Shown here: in pieces, positions 1 to 12,800 of the stretch | Layout: each line of letters opens with the position of its first letter | Numbering within the stretch: the stretch's first letter is position 1 | NCBI RefSeq assembly: GCF_000181795.1 | Contig: NW_003526945.1 | Location: 4,010,264 to 4,063,084 of the forward strand | DNA length: 52,821 nucleotides | Direction: 5' to 3' | Source: Trichinella spiralis | Lineage: Eukaryota | Position numbers and translations under genes: made by a program | The notes under the pieces: model-generated | Database searches by the model: none | Told to the model about the DNA's origin: nothing | What the model saw: the letters and a program-made list of their open reading frames with translations, nothing else

Positions 1-3000
1 TTTGCAAAATTCTCTAATCTATCCATATATAACCGTAGCCAAAAAAAAAGATTTCAAAATTTTGGAAAAATCATTTTTCACCCAAAACGCGAAAACAGCA
101 AAGTCTATAGCCCACAAAAATTCGATATTTTCGAAAATCCTATTTTTCTCAAAAAATAATGTGAGAATGTAGGAAAAAATTAGAAAACAACAATGAGCTT
201 GGTACCACGTTGCCTGATTGCGTATTTCTAGAGATATGGTAAAAAACTGAAACTAAAATATAATATTAATATTGAAAAAAGGAAAAAAAATAAAATAAAA
301 AAGTTGAAAAGATATTAGTAAAAAACGATTTTGTTAAAGTTTATCAAGAAATCCACATTATTTTGAGCAAAAACAGGTTCTTGTTTAAATAACATTTGTT
401 CCTGAATTTTTTTTGCATATTACAGCATCCAAAAAGTTTCAAATTTTTGTTAATGCTATTTCATTCACTGAATACGCTGCAGAAATAAGAATTAGTAAAT
501 AATATATAAATGCAATTTTAAACCAATGTGGGGTTGTTTCTATTTGTAAATGTGATAATCGCTAACTAAATATTTCATCAAATTTCTGAAAAAATTATCG
601 ATAATGTGTTACTGAAAATGAATATGCCCATAGTTCAAGTAAAATTTTAGTTCGTGATCAACCATGCAATAAATAAATTGTTAGAATTTACTGGAAACAC
701 GCTTTTAGTGTTTTTAAACTCATAAGTTAATATCTGAGCGGTTTCGAAACAATTCTGTGCACGGAGATATTGTTTCATCCTCAGTTGTTAGTCTGATTAT
801 GTTCCTTCCATTTCGAACTAATTATTACCAAAACAAATACTATATGTAAGGCTCATTTTGTTATGAGGAATTCAAGGAGTGTTGAAAATGAGAATAAATC
901 AAAATAGCCGCAGATTTGATACGAATGAGAACCCCTTGTGATGATAAAAATCATGAACAGCATTGTAATCCATGAAATGATTACGTTTCAAACAAAACAA
1001 ATATTTGCTAAGCATACGTTAAGACAATCAAGTGTTATTCGACGTCTAAGAAAAATAACGTTAGAAATTCGTTTCATCTGATAATGATAAACAGATAAAT
1101 TATTAAAAAGTTCATATATTGAGCGATTAAAATGAATTTCAGTTAGTTTTGAAGCAACTGTCGACAACTTAATCGAAATGGGCTGAAAATGTCAGAAAAT
1201 TGGTTTGCCGAAAACTAAAATATATTGCACAAGGATGCATATTTTGACAGATTATAGCACTATAATGGAAAGAATCGTTCATTAGCTGAATCTCACATAT
1301 TCCAGTTCAGTTTAAAGAAAGTTAACGATAGGCAACTTTTCTGTGTATTAAGATAAACAAACTGCCAACTTTAAAATCAATTTATTCCACTAGAATCATA
1401 TTGTGTTCAATCAGACTTTGCAAAATTCTCTAATCTATCCATATATAACCGTAGCCAAGAAAAAGATTTCAAAATTTAGAAAAAACATTTTTCACCCAAA
1501 ACGCGAAAACAGCAAAGTCTATAGCCCACGAAATTTCGATATTTTCGAAAATCCTATTTTTCTCAAAAAATAATGTGAGAATGTAGGAAAAAATTAGAAA
1601 ACAACAATGGGCTTGGTCCCGTGTTTACGGATTGCGTATTTCTCGAAATATTGCGGAAAAACTGAAACTAAACTACGATTTTAATGGTGATGAAAGGAAA
1701 AGAAATACAATATAGAAGTTGAATAGATATTAGTGGAGAACAAGGTTCTAAAGTTTATTAACGAATTTGCAATATTTTGAGCAAAAACAGGTTCTTGTTT
1801 AAATAACATTTGTTCCTGAATTTTGTTTACATAATACAGTTTACAAAAAGTTTCAAATTTTTGTTAACGCTATGTTCTCCATTGAATACAATACAGAAAT
1901 AAGAATTATTTAGAATAATAATATGTAAATGCAATGTTAATCCAATGTGGTGTTGTTTCTATTTGTAAATGTCACAATCGCTAACGAACTATTCCTTCAA
2001 ATTTCTGAAAAAATCATGGATTACATGCTATTGAAAATTTGTGTACCCATAGTTTACGTAATACTGTAGTTCGTAATCAACCATGCAATAAATAAATCGT
2101 TCGAATTTCGTGGAAGTGATTAATGATTTTTATCAAAGTAAACACTTACAACGCCTACGTTTTGATTTGCAGAAATTGATGATTATTTAACAGTAATAAT
2201 TTCAGAAATTTAATTCTATTAATCGTAAAAAAAAGAAATAATTAGTGAAAATGTAACAGATTCGATGTCAAAAATGTTTCATGTGCATAAATTGGCAGTC
2301 TCTGTTTCGGTTGAAAGAGAGTTACTGATAGCGACTATCCTATGTATTAAGGTACGCAATACGGCAAACTTAGAGCCCATTTATTCCACACCAACTGGAC
2401 TCTAGAAAACTAGAAAACTCTGAAACTCTAGAAAACGCTATGTTTTATCAATATAAAACTATAACAATCAAAAAAAGTCCAAATTTTGAAAACAAATTTT
2501 TCGCCGATTTTCGCAAAGACAACCAAGTCTATAGCTCATGAAATTTTGCAATTTTCCAGAAAAATTTCTTTCTCTACAAATTAAGGCAATTAATTTGTAT
2601 CGGTAGAGAATTATCCTCTAACTACTATAAAATTATCCCGAATACTCCTGATTGCGGACTTCTTGAAGTATAGCAAAAAAAGTGAAAATTAAAATAGAAT
2701 TTTAACGAAGTCGAAATAAAAAGGAATGAAAAATAAAATTTAAATAAATGTGCATACCGAATGTTTTCATTAATTTTTACAACCAAGCTTTAAATGTTTT
2801 CACCTGAAAAAAGGAGTCTATTTTAATAAGAATTGTTCCTGATTTTCATTAAAGCAACAGGAACTTTCAAAATTAAAAACCTTTATTCTTTGAATTTTTT
2901 TGACTTATTACAATTTAGAGATAAGAATTATCCAAAATTATCACATGAGAAAGCTACTTTTCTACAATGTGCCAGTCTTTTTATTCTGTAAATTTCGAAT

Positions 3001-3920
3001 GCCCAAACCGGTAACTTTATAAAATTTCTCAAAATATCATTGATTGCGGGTTATTCGAAATTTACATAGCTTTAACTGGCACACAATTGCTTGCAACTGT
3101 CATAATATTATTTTAGAATATGCCGTAGTTTCTGAGAAGAATGGAATAAGTTTCACAGTACAAACTGGTGGATACCTCTTCAGATTCGATGAAATTCCAA
3201 TCCTGGGCCGATTAGTTTGACATGAATTGTGAATATATGTAATTAATTTTTACCGCTGGCCACTACTTTGAATGCTCATTATGCAAATCGCCTTTCCATC
3301 ATTATTACGGTGCGAAATGAAATCAAAATAGTGACGGATTTGGCATCAGTGAGAAGATAGTTAATGAAGACGATAATTATGGGGACGGTATACCATGAAC
3401 TGTTTATGTCATGTAAAAGATTTGCAATGCATACTTTCTGGTTCGCTGGTATAGATTGATGATCTAGCATCAACAGTTTCAGCAATTCATTTAAATTGAT
3501 CATTAGAAAAAGTGAAATTAGTAGAAATCTAATACGTTGTAAGTCAACACTGTTTCACGGGCAGAAAGTCGCCGTCTGTGCTTCGGTAAACGGGATTTAT
3601 TGATGGAGAACTTTTCCATCTTTTAAGGTAGGCAATACGACAATTTTAGAGGCTGTCTATTCCACAACTATTGGGCAGTTTCTGATGAAACTCCCCAGAG
3701 CACGATCATTTATCATTGTGAAAGTTTAACAATAAAAAAAAGTCCAAATTTCCCCGTTTTACGCGAAACAGCGAAATCATCAAATCCATCAAATTTCGAA
3801 GTTTTCTAGAGAACGTTTTTCTCAAAAATGGCTTGAAAAGACTTGATTCGGTGAGAAGTGATTCGAGAAGTACTGTAAACTTATCCGCACCGTTCCTGAT
3901 TGTCTACTTCTCAATATTTT
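1..3920. repeat. Degenerate long-period tandem repeat, about 4 copies of a ~1.0-1.4 kb non-coding unit
   Basis: Bases 1-~695 recur with high identity from 1417 (TTTGCAAAATTCTCTAATCTATCCATATATAACCGTAGCC at 1 and 1417). The diverged anchor (C/A)C(T/G)GATTG occurs at 213, ~1627, 2647 and 3895, and the anchor TATTCCAC at ~1383, ~2382 and ~3658. No long ORFs. Confidence 0.85.
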
Positions 3921-4140
3921 CCGCTGAAAGTCGACAACTTTCGTATGCATTAACATAGGCAAAGCGGCAACTTCAATTCACAACAGTTACCGCACTCATC
4001 ATGTTTTATATAGTGCATTATGAATAACACCACTATTACTCTCCGCATATTTCGAAACATCCAAAAAACTACATAAGAATTAATGAAATAGTGAGAGAAG
4101 AAATATTTTATATCAAATAAGACAAAAGTCATTCAAATTT

Positions 4141-4780
4141 TTGCATTTAATTAAACAGATCTTTACATACTGGACAATACTTACGAAAAGATCGAATAAA
4201 GCAATAAAAATGAACAGCATTTTAAGAAATGCATACTTTACTGCACGCTTGTTGTTCCAACCGCATTGCGCTTTTTCTTTTGGCAATGTGCCATCTCTAA
4301 GGACGAAGTACTGCAATTATGCCAGAAGCATTATCCTCTTTGTAATGCGTTGCACCTAATTAATGCCGCCGTCTTTAATTATCTTGACGTACTCAAACCA
4401 ATGCTAGTGCATGCCTTCATCACACTACTAAGCATATATGCCATATTCTGGTGAACAATGAACAATGCTTCTTTGATTAATATGTTTGACGACACTGACA
4501 ATGAACAAACACATCATTGTGTACAGACCAGAGAATCGTTGAAATATAACATTATCATAGAAACGCCGTGTAGCATGGAACCTTCTTTAAACTCCTCTCA
4601 TTCCAAGTTATATATATCTGACAAACATTCAAAAAAGGCTCAGGATAAACAATACGCTGACAAATGGCCAATTTGTGAATCAATTGCTGCGCACACGCTT
4701 GCTCGGATGATTAAGCATTTGAAACGGACAGCGGATTCTCATAACGAACAGGAAAAAAAATTAATGGAATAATCAACAAC
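4141..4780 (+). pseudogene. Possible highly decayed pogo/Tc5-type (DDE_1) transposase remnant
   Basis: Broken frames give KMNSILRNAYF...FQPH, DEVLQLCQK/IILF and FNYLDVLKP. These loosely recall the pogo-family WMNS..F..WF...F.PH, EVI..C....I.L and QPLDV..FKP motifs in the same order. Multiple stops and frameshifts; no TIRs found. Confidence 0.2.
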
Positions 4781-5450
4781 CTATGGAACAAAGTTCGAAA
4801 TTTCGCAGCCAAACTGGAAACTTGAAGAAGGTGAGAAAAACATCAATCTATACAGTGCAAGTTAATAATGTTCAAGTATTAATTCAATCGACAATAAGGA
4901 CGATTATAATACTGAAAATGTGGAAATTACTTTTCCCACTTGAGAAATATTATCAATTAATGTTTCTCACCTTGAATAGGAAATACCTTGCCTTTTAATT
5001 GCTCGTTTAATTTTGCTATGAGCAACCTGGTATTGTGAAATTTTTCAGCAATTATTGTAAATTGAATAAATGACAGATTTGGTCGTGAAAGGAGTTGAAC
5101 ATTCTTATCCGGTAGCAAATTTCGAATGATTTGGTTAAAAATTTATAACGGTGAACTGTTATTTTTGAAATTAGAATTAACAGTTTGCTTGTTTCCCAAA
5201 GCAGGACGCTTGGAAAGCGAATACCGATACTGAGTTCATTTCTGCCTGTTGTTTTTTCACGATTGTTGGGCTTAGAATTTGTCGAGAAATTTTTTGAAAT
5301 TCTGATTCGAGAACTTGTTTTCGGACAACGAATCGAATGGATTATTGTTAATAAAATGTTAATTTACGATGCAAATTGAAATGAAAGAATACGATTTGAA
5401 ATTAGTAATTCATTTTCCGTCCTCTTTACTTTCTCAGCGCGAAGAGCAGA

Positions 5451-6612
5451 TCAGTTATGATTATTAATTAAAATGAAATTATCTCCTTCTGGATAAGCTG
5501 GTAAATTTAGTTGATACTTGTCGGCCACGCTTTCGGGAACGAAACGGCCTCCAAGAAAATGAAAATCACCACGGAATTTGATTGCGCATTTTTTCGGTGC
5601 AGTCAAAGAAATCAAACACTTCGGTTGCAGCGCATCCCCATCTATAGGACCTTGTTCAACGTGCCAACCTAAATTACAAACATAGCAATGATGGAACAGT
5701 GAAAGGTGGAAAAAATCTACCGGACGGTATGTCGATGCTGACCACTGGTATGGAATTGAACTTCGCAAGTTGTTGCAAGATTGTTTTGTAAGGTTCCTTA
5801 GCGGGAGGCTTGAAACTGAATCCAAAAATTGCATCAACTATCAAATGAAAAGTGTTCATATTGATGCCTTCAAGTGAATCACTGATTGGAATTCGAAATC
5901 CCTTCACTTGAGTAAGCAGTCTTTTCATCAAAATTGATCGTGGATTTGCTGGATAAACAACATGCGGCTGGTAATTCTGGAGACAGAGAAAACTCTTTTC
6001 AACGTTTACTCGCAAAATTACTTTGAAACTTACAAACATTTTCAAATGTCTGGCGCAGACCAACCCATCGCCACCGTTATTACCTGGCCCGCAGACGATC
6101 AGCACATTGTTGAATGATTGTCCGGGCGGATATGCTTTCAAAATTGAATTCGCGCACGACAGTCCGGCCAATTCCATCAACTGATCGACGGAAAACTGAT
6201 ATTCATCGAACAACTCTGTATCAATGTTTATCGCTTCTTGTTGACTTGAAAAAGAAAAAATATTTTAAACTCTGCCAACATTGTACACTTGATATAGAAG
6301 ACAGGAACTTTTATTCGATACGAAATTTCATTTCTAACCTGTCACGAACTTTAAACAAATCGTAACAATTAATTAAAATTATTTATTTTTCAACAAGTAA
6401 AAAAAAATCACAACAACTAATTAAAAAAACACCGCTGCAAAAGTGGAATTCAATTCCAACTTCACTGTATATAATTTTGAACAAGTAATATAAAAGTGAA
6501 AATCGACAATTGCATACGTTAAATATTTCACCATATTGGATACTTTTCGAAAAGTGGATGCGAATAATTTCCCCTTCAACAGCAAAATACTTCGCAGAGA
6601 AGTTGCAGACAT
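5451..6612 (-). CDS. NAXE: NAD(P)H-hydrate epimerase (YjeF N-terminal; NAXE/APOA1BP), ~259 aa, 4 exons: 6612-6518, 6244-6034, 5976-5721, 5668-5451
   Basis: Family motifs [81 protein letters not shown] and [13 protein letters not shown] introns with consistent phases. Confidence 0.95.
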
Positions 6613-7684
6613 GCAGATTTGAACACCATAAGTCGCCTGGGAATTTTCGCTCTGCAAACTGAACAATGTAGCAGTAGTGACAAAATTTGAAAATGAAGGT
6701 TCAATTTAATAGAAAAACGCGAATGGTTTAAAATTGAATACATCGAAATGTTACAATAATTGAAATATTTGATAAAAGTAATTGCTTTGTCATACTGTGC
6801 TTATTGTTAGTCGAATTATTCAATGTTGACATAAATTTGGCGTTGGATGAAAAGAAAAAGGACTTTTCGATTGTTTAGATTGGTTGATTCAAATTGACCT
6901 GCAATGTACGTTGCTCTGAGCTTCATCGTTGTTCATCTACTGTGCAGCGATCCATCTGCTGCTGATCTCTCATCCGAGCATTATGTAGCACTGATGAGCG
7001 AGTTGAGTTTTTTTGCGTTTCGCAGTTTTCAGATTTTTTTTTATTTGATATTATAAAATGAAAATATTTTTAATAATTGTAACTGACCAAAATTGAAAAT
7101 GATCACAATTAAAAGGAGATTTAGGTGAAAAATGGTTGCGATTCGAAAAGTTTTCGAAAACATGTTCATCAACATGCAATTACAGTATACCCACTTATAG
7201 TCAATTGATTATTTGGTCATAGAAATGTGACAATGGAAAAAGTGAAAATATTTTATAACTGAAGTTTGTATTTTTATTTTCAAATTATGTTTTGCTTTTC
7301 AAGTGTAAAATTTTACTTTTCTGCAAACTCAATTATTCGTACTTGAATATTACAGTAAGTGAAGAAAAAAAATACCAATTAAAGTAAGAAATTCAATTAT
7401 GCGTCCAATGGGTGGTGAGTTTTCAGTTTGGATTTGTTTATTTTTTGTTGTTAAATTAATATTTTTGACAGCAGTGTAAAAGTAGGTTTTGTAAAATGTT
7501 GAATTGTTCATGATTGATTGTTCTGTCATGTATCGATATCTGTTCAATGATCAGCGTTGACTGATGGAATCAGTTGAACGAGCGCGTGTGGTGTAAACTT
7601 GAGCAATGATAAATTTATTATTACTATTTTTGAGTTTTGAAAATTTTCTTCCACACAGATAGATGTTCGCGTGAGTTTCAGTTC

Positions 7685-7710
7685 GCAGTGCAGTGCAGTG
7701 CAGTGCAGTG
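7685..7710 (+). repeat. (GCAGT)5 pentanucleotide repeat just upstream of the Rab ATG
   Basis: gcagtgcagtgcagtgcagtgcagtg read directly. A (TG)n/(TGCG)n tract also fills the Rab intron at 7927-7956. Confidence 0.9.
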
Positions 7711-7734
7711 GTTGCTGGTTGTTCACAGTTGACA

Positions 7735-8447
7735 ATGACCACACAAGCTCGTAAACAAGTGTACAAATTGGTGCTGTGCGGCGACTACGGAGTTGGCAAG
7801 AGTTCACTGTTCCGACGGTTTGTGTTCGACACGTTCGTCGAATCGTCGGACCGGAAATGCACGTTGGGATTTGACCATTTTGAAAAGACATATCCCATAG
7901 ACGACAAATGTGTAACGGTAAGTGTATGTGTGTGTGTGTGTGTGTGCGTGCGTGCGTATATTGTTCAGTTTTGCAGTTACAACTTTGGGACACGGGTGGC
8001 TTGGAGCGTGTGGCGACAGTGACGAGCAGTTATTTCAAATTTTCCAACGGCGTTCTGCTCGTTTTTGCCTACGACGACATGGACTCGTTGAACGACCTGT
8101 CGCAGCATTTGGTCGAAGCGTTGACTTGCGCCGAACAGGCTCGCTATTTCCTCTGCGGCAACAAAGCCGATTTGTACAACGAGCACAACGGCTACGGGCC
8201 CAACGAGGAGAATGTGAATTTGTTTTGCCAGCAGAGCAGTGTTGGCGGTGTGGGCGGCGGCAGCAATTTGTTCAGTCGTGTTTACAAAGTTAGCTGCAAA
8301 ACGAACGAAAATGTCGACGAAATGTTCAAAGACATCGCCAGACAACTCTCCGTTCACGGCTGCCATTCGGCTGCGCCGGATCCTGAAATGTTTCGACTGA
8401 AAGCTGTGGAGCCGTCGTCTTCGTATCGTCGACGATGTTGTTATTGA
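7735..8447 (+). CDS. RabX6: Rab-family small GTPase, RabX6-like, 217 aa, exons 7735-7917 and 7977-8447
   Basis: G1 GDYGVGKSS, G3 WDTGGLER, G4 GNKAD, G5 SCK, C-terminal CCY prenylation motif. The stretches LCGDYGVGKSSLFRRF, DRKCTLG.DH, VTSSY.KF and LSQHL match my recollection of insect RabX6. Phase-0 GT-AG intron 7918-7976. Confidence 0.85.
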
Positions 8448-8929
8448 ACATTGTCGACAATTGCTGTGTGTGTTTTACTTGAAAAATTTTCGCAGCACCA
8501 TGTTCCCTGTTGCGGATGCGATATGCGGAACGACGAATGCATTGGATTTTTCCCACCGCCCTCCCCCCCCCTCTCCCCTTTCCTCGCCACAGTGACAGTA
8601 AATTGTGAGATAATTTTGTACAGAGAAAATGAAAATTAAGTTGTTCGTACGGTAATTTTGATTGACAAAATTCAACGGTTGCCAAGTGGTGTCTCGTTGC
8701 CAGGCAACGGTGTTCGGTGGCAATTCGCGTCGCGATGGTTGTTCGCCAACAGGTCGGTTTCGTCGTGTCAGTTGTTATTTGTTTGGTCGTTTCGATAGCG
8801 TGGCTGTGCGTGATGATTGCTGGCGGTCGACTGAACACCAGTCGGGCTGTATCGAATGGCAAAAATGCGCGAAGCGGTTAGCTGAGCGCCAAAAAAAAAA
8901 TATAGTATTCAATCAAAAATTCGACCACG

Positions 8930-9892
8930 ATGACCGTCGACGTCCACGAAGATCCGGTGCGCGTTGTCCGTCGGGCCAGAATCTGTTCGGCCGCGTTCTG
9001 CTTCCATACGCTTTCGTCAACGTTCGCCGTCCTGTTTCCGCTGGTGATCGTGCTCAAGTATGGAAACTGGTGCCGACAGACGCCGACGTTTGCATGGCAA
9101 CGGCCGGCGATGACGTTCGGCGGCGAATTTTTCGTCCTGCTCTCGGGCCGGTCGTCGAACTCGTCCGACGGTCACTTGTTGTTCTGGAGCAGCGACGAGC
9201 GTTTCAACCGGCGAGACCAACGCCACGCCCGACCCTCGTTGGTCGAAACGTGCGAAATGGACCTCGACGGCGACGGTCTGGTGGACGAAATGCAATTCAA
9301 CGCCGCCGTGCCGCTGCACCACAGCCGGCTGGAAACAGTCGACTCGGCCAAGCTGTGGCTCGTTTTCAACCGTATGCTCAGATCGGGCGGCCAGTGTCAA
9401 TTCGACGAGGACGTGCTTGTGATGTTGGACGGCGGCGGTTCGGGTACAGTCGGACACCGGTGGACTGTGTCGGGCAGTTTGCGCGTGTCGGTTGTCGGTT
9501 CGAGCTCATCGTCACTGTCGGCCTGCGAACCCAGAAAAGCCGACCAGTCGCCTTTGGGTCGGTTGTTGACCACGTCGGACAAGTCGCCGCTGGACAGGAC
9601 CGTGTCCGAGATCGAAGGGCAGTTGTTGTTCAGAGTCGGGACTCTGGTTCCGTCGTACGGCCGGTGGCTCGAGACGTCGGACCTGGGCGCCGACCGATTT
9701 CGCATCAACGTCACCGTCGCCTACGTCGAAGAGCCGAGTCGGCTGTGGACGAGCAGCTTCGAAAACGTCTCCCTGGCTTGGACGCAGTATTTGACTCTGT
9801 TCGTGCCGGTGTTGATTTTGGTCCGATTCGTTCGTCGGCTGGTCTATAAAAACAATCTACTCAGTACAGTTGTTGCAGAAGAGAAGAAATAA
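8930..9892 (+). CDS. TMEM231: Ciliary transition-zone (MKS module) membrane protein TMEM231, 320 aa, single exon
   Basis: N-terminal PV....RA.ICS.A..F plus TM helix, Q.P...F, FWSS...FN, E.D.DGDG..D...F...PL, and C-terminal AWTQYLTLF.......F..LVYKNNLL.T match the TMEM231 family. Two terminal TM segments. Confidence 0.88.
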   Translation: MTVDVHEDPVRVVRRARICSAAFCFHTLSSTFAVLFPLVIVLKYGNWCRQTPTFAWQRPAMTFGGEFFVLLSGRSSNSSDGHLLFWSSDERFNRRDQRHARPSLVETCEMDLDGDGLVDEMQFNAAVPLHHSRLETVDSAKLWLVFNRMLRSGGQCQFDEDVLVMLDGGGSGTVGHRWTVSGSLRVSVVGSSSSSLSACEPRKADQSPLGRLLTTSDKSPLDRTVSEIEGQLLFRVGTLVPSYGRWLETSDLGADRFRINVTVAYVEEPSRLWTSSFENVSLAWTQYLTLFVPVLILVRFVRRLVYKNNLLSTVVAEEKK

Positions 9893-12800
9893 TTTCAATC
9901 GACCAGAACAAGAAGAAAAAAAAAATAATAATACCAATTGATTGATATTCGCAATGATTAATTAATTCATCTTGTCGATTGTTTGTAATGAAATTTCGAC
10001 AAATCGCGTCGGTCGGCTCAAAGGCCTGCGTGGGCGGCCGACTGAGAATTGTACTGCGTATTTTTCATTAAAATGATCAAAAAATTGCGTTCGCGAAAGC
10101 TACAGTAGGAAAATTGGAAAAAAAAACAAAACGATTCGATCCGAAATAAATGTTAACAATAAATAAATAATTGCGTGCATCATTTAAACGGGGGGAAGAA
10201 CAAAAAAAAGTGAAAAATGTGATTAAGGAAAAAGTTGAAATTCCGTCGGGTGTTGGTGTGTTGTTTTTTATTCATTGAAGAAAAAGTGAAACGTCGACCG
10301 TGGTGTGTGTTGGTGGATGTTCGACAGTCGAGGGATTAATCAGTGGAATTATTCGTCGAAAATTAATGTTGCTCAACAGAAACAGAGAGCTTTTGAGAGA
10401 AAGAGACAGAGAGAAGAGAAAAGCCACATTGATCACCACCGCCGGCCGTTTTGACCACTGTCGCACCATATTATGAGAAATAACAAAGTATGCGTTGTTG
10501 TTGTTGTTGTTGTTGTTTTGCTCTTTTATTCATTTTCACAATAGAAATGAAAATATTTAATATTTGAAATATTTTTCAAGTTATAATAAAAAATAAGGAT
10601 GTTCAAAATTGTCACCATGTTTCTTTCGTATTCGGAATAATTGGACAGTAGGAGGATGTGCGTGCTGGTGCTTGGTTGTGCAAAGTTCAATTTGCATCGC
10701 TGATGAAATTCGTCGGCGTCGATTGGTCAGGAATTATTACAAATCGATCATATGCAAATTTTCTGTTTCCTTTTCCATTCGTCGCGTGGGACAATTATTA
10801 TTATTTTAGCAATTTTTCCATTTCCATTGTTAACAATTGTTCAATATTTTCTCTCTCACTCTCTCCTCTCCACGGAAGAACAAACCTGAAGAATAACCAA
10901 ACCGAATAACAATGCGCCAGAATTTGAATTTTCCCATTTGCCTCGTTCAACAACGTGTTGTTTGTCAGTTGGAAATTGAAAAGATTAATTTGGCGAAATT
11001 TACCGTTATTATATTATTACCTTCCGTTTCTTTTTCTCCCACACATACAAATCAATAAATCTATAAGCAAACATAAATATCCATTTGAATTGGTGGATTT
11101 GTGGGGGCTGTGTTATTGGTACGCGGCCGAGGGCGGACACATTGGAGAGCTTTTAAATTTTCAACAACGTGGCCGGCCACTTGAACAGATTTTATTTTTC
11201 ATTTCTTTCTGCTTGTTAAACACGTAGACGACGGACCACTTTTCGCAAATGAATAAATGCATCACCAATGCAACCGTGATTTCCGAGCTTTTTCTCCAAT
11301 TTCTTCTCTCTCGGAACGGACAAAATTGAAAAATATTTAATTTTTATTCATCGCAGACTTTGAATAAATGAATAATTAATTTTGAAATAAAATGTGGAAA
11401 AAAGGAAAAACATTTTTTCAACCAATAAAACGTTGTTACTTTTCTCACTGTCCAGGTTGTGGAACAAGCACAATTCCACCGATCCAGCGGCTTGTTGGGA
11501 AAAACATTCACTTTCTCTGTTGTTGTTGTTGCTGTTGTTGAAATGAAAATTTTTACAGTACACAGACCAAAGTCAGTATCCACAAAAAGAGACTCATGTT
11601 CAAAAGTTATTATTATTATTATTATTGTTTTTTTTTCATTTTTATATTCTTGATTTTTTGACAATTGTGAAATGAGAATTTGTTTCAATTCAGATTCAAA
11701 TAAAGAAAACCACAACACCTTCATCTGGAGGCAAATTTTCTCGGTCCAATTCCATCTTCTCAAGCGTAGCCCAATTCAAGACGCTGGCAAGTAGTTCGAG
11801 AAAATGCTTCGATGGAAAAGCTTCTTCTTCTTCTTCTTCTTCTTCTTCTTTTTGCACGTCGGCAAGGTTTGTTAATATATTTAAATTTTATGAAATCAAA
11901 AGAAAAAGAAGAATTATCGAATACTACGCTTGATCAGTTGTAAAAATAAGCTTTTGAGTTTGCATGCATGTCGAGACCAAGAATTATGGTAGTTATTCAA
12001 TCAAGAATGATTGTGAAAGTTTAAACTGTTGGTCAGGCATGAGGCGCAATTTGCAACGACAATGCCGGCTGGCATCGGCGTCGTTCAATCCCGCGTGCAT
12101 ATTGTCTCCAGTGTTGGAAATGCTGCTTCTCCGAATTGGCCATTAGCAGGGAAGCGCGCGTGCTGGCTGGGCAAGTTGGAAATATGATGAACAGCAGGGT
12201 GGAGAATGGAATGCACAAGATCCGCCCAACAGCCGCCAGAATTTGACATCCGAACGTTGATTATTGAGCTTTGCCAAACAGCAGGCGGGTCAGAAGGAAT
12301 TTTGATCGCATGTCGGGGTGGTGTCGAAATTGAAACCCAAGAATTCGATGAATGCGTTGCGTTTCGCGTTGCGCAACCCAAACGACAAGCAGATAAACAC
12401 CGCATCCACATTATATATTAGCCTCTTCACTCTCGTTGCGCTGCCATTCCACGCGTCCACTAGTAAAGCACAGTCTGTCGTCAGCATCATGCTCTTCCAT
12501 TAACTTCCGTCTGGAAATTTAAATTTTCATTCAATTATTCAAAACTTCCACACCGAATCATCTGCATTATTGCTTTCTCGCTCGCTTGTCCGTCCTCTTG
12601 TTGACCATTAATTAATCCAACATTTTTACAAAAGGTATGCTAATTTGATTTTCAAAGCAATCATTTAAGTGTGATTTCATTTCCAATTTCCGACAATTCA
12701 TCATCAATTATAACAATTGAGAGAAAAACATTTTTTTTTCAATTAATTTGAATAAAAACCAAACCGCAGACGTAATTAATATGTTGGCTTTTTTCTCCTT

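Noticed and set aside
8662..9849. 395-aa ORF overlapping TMEM231 in another frame, plus antisense ORFs
   Set aside because: The Arg/Pro-rich composition is typical of a shadow frame in GC-rich coding DNA. It has a non-ATG start, and the homology signal lies in the 8930-9892 frame.
11960..12510. Cluster of 60-108 aa ORFs in a moderately GC-rich patch
   Set aside because: No recognisable domain, and I could not build a consistent spliced model. It could be UTR exons or regulatory DNA upstream of cal-1.
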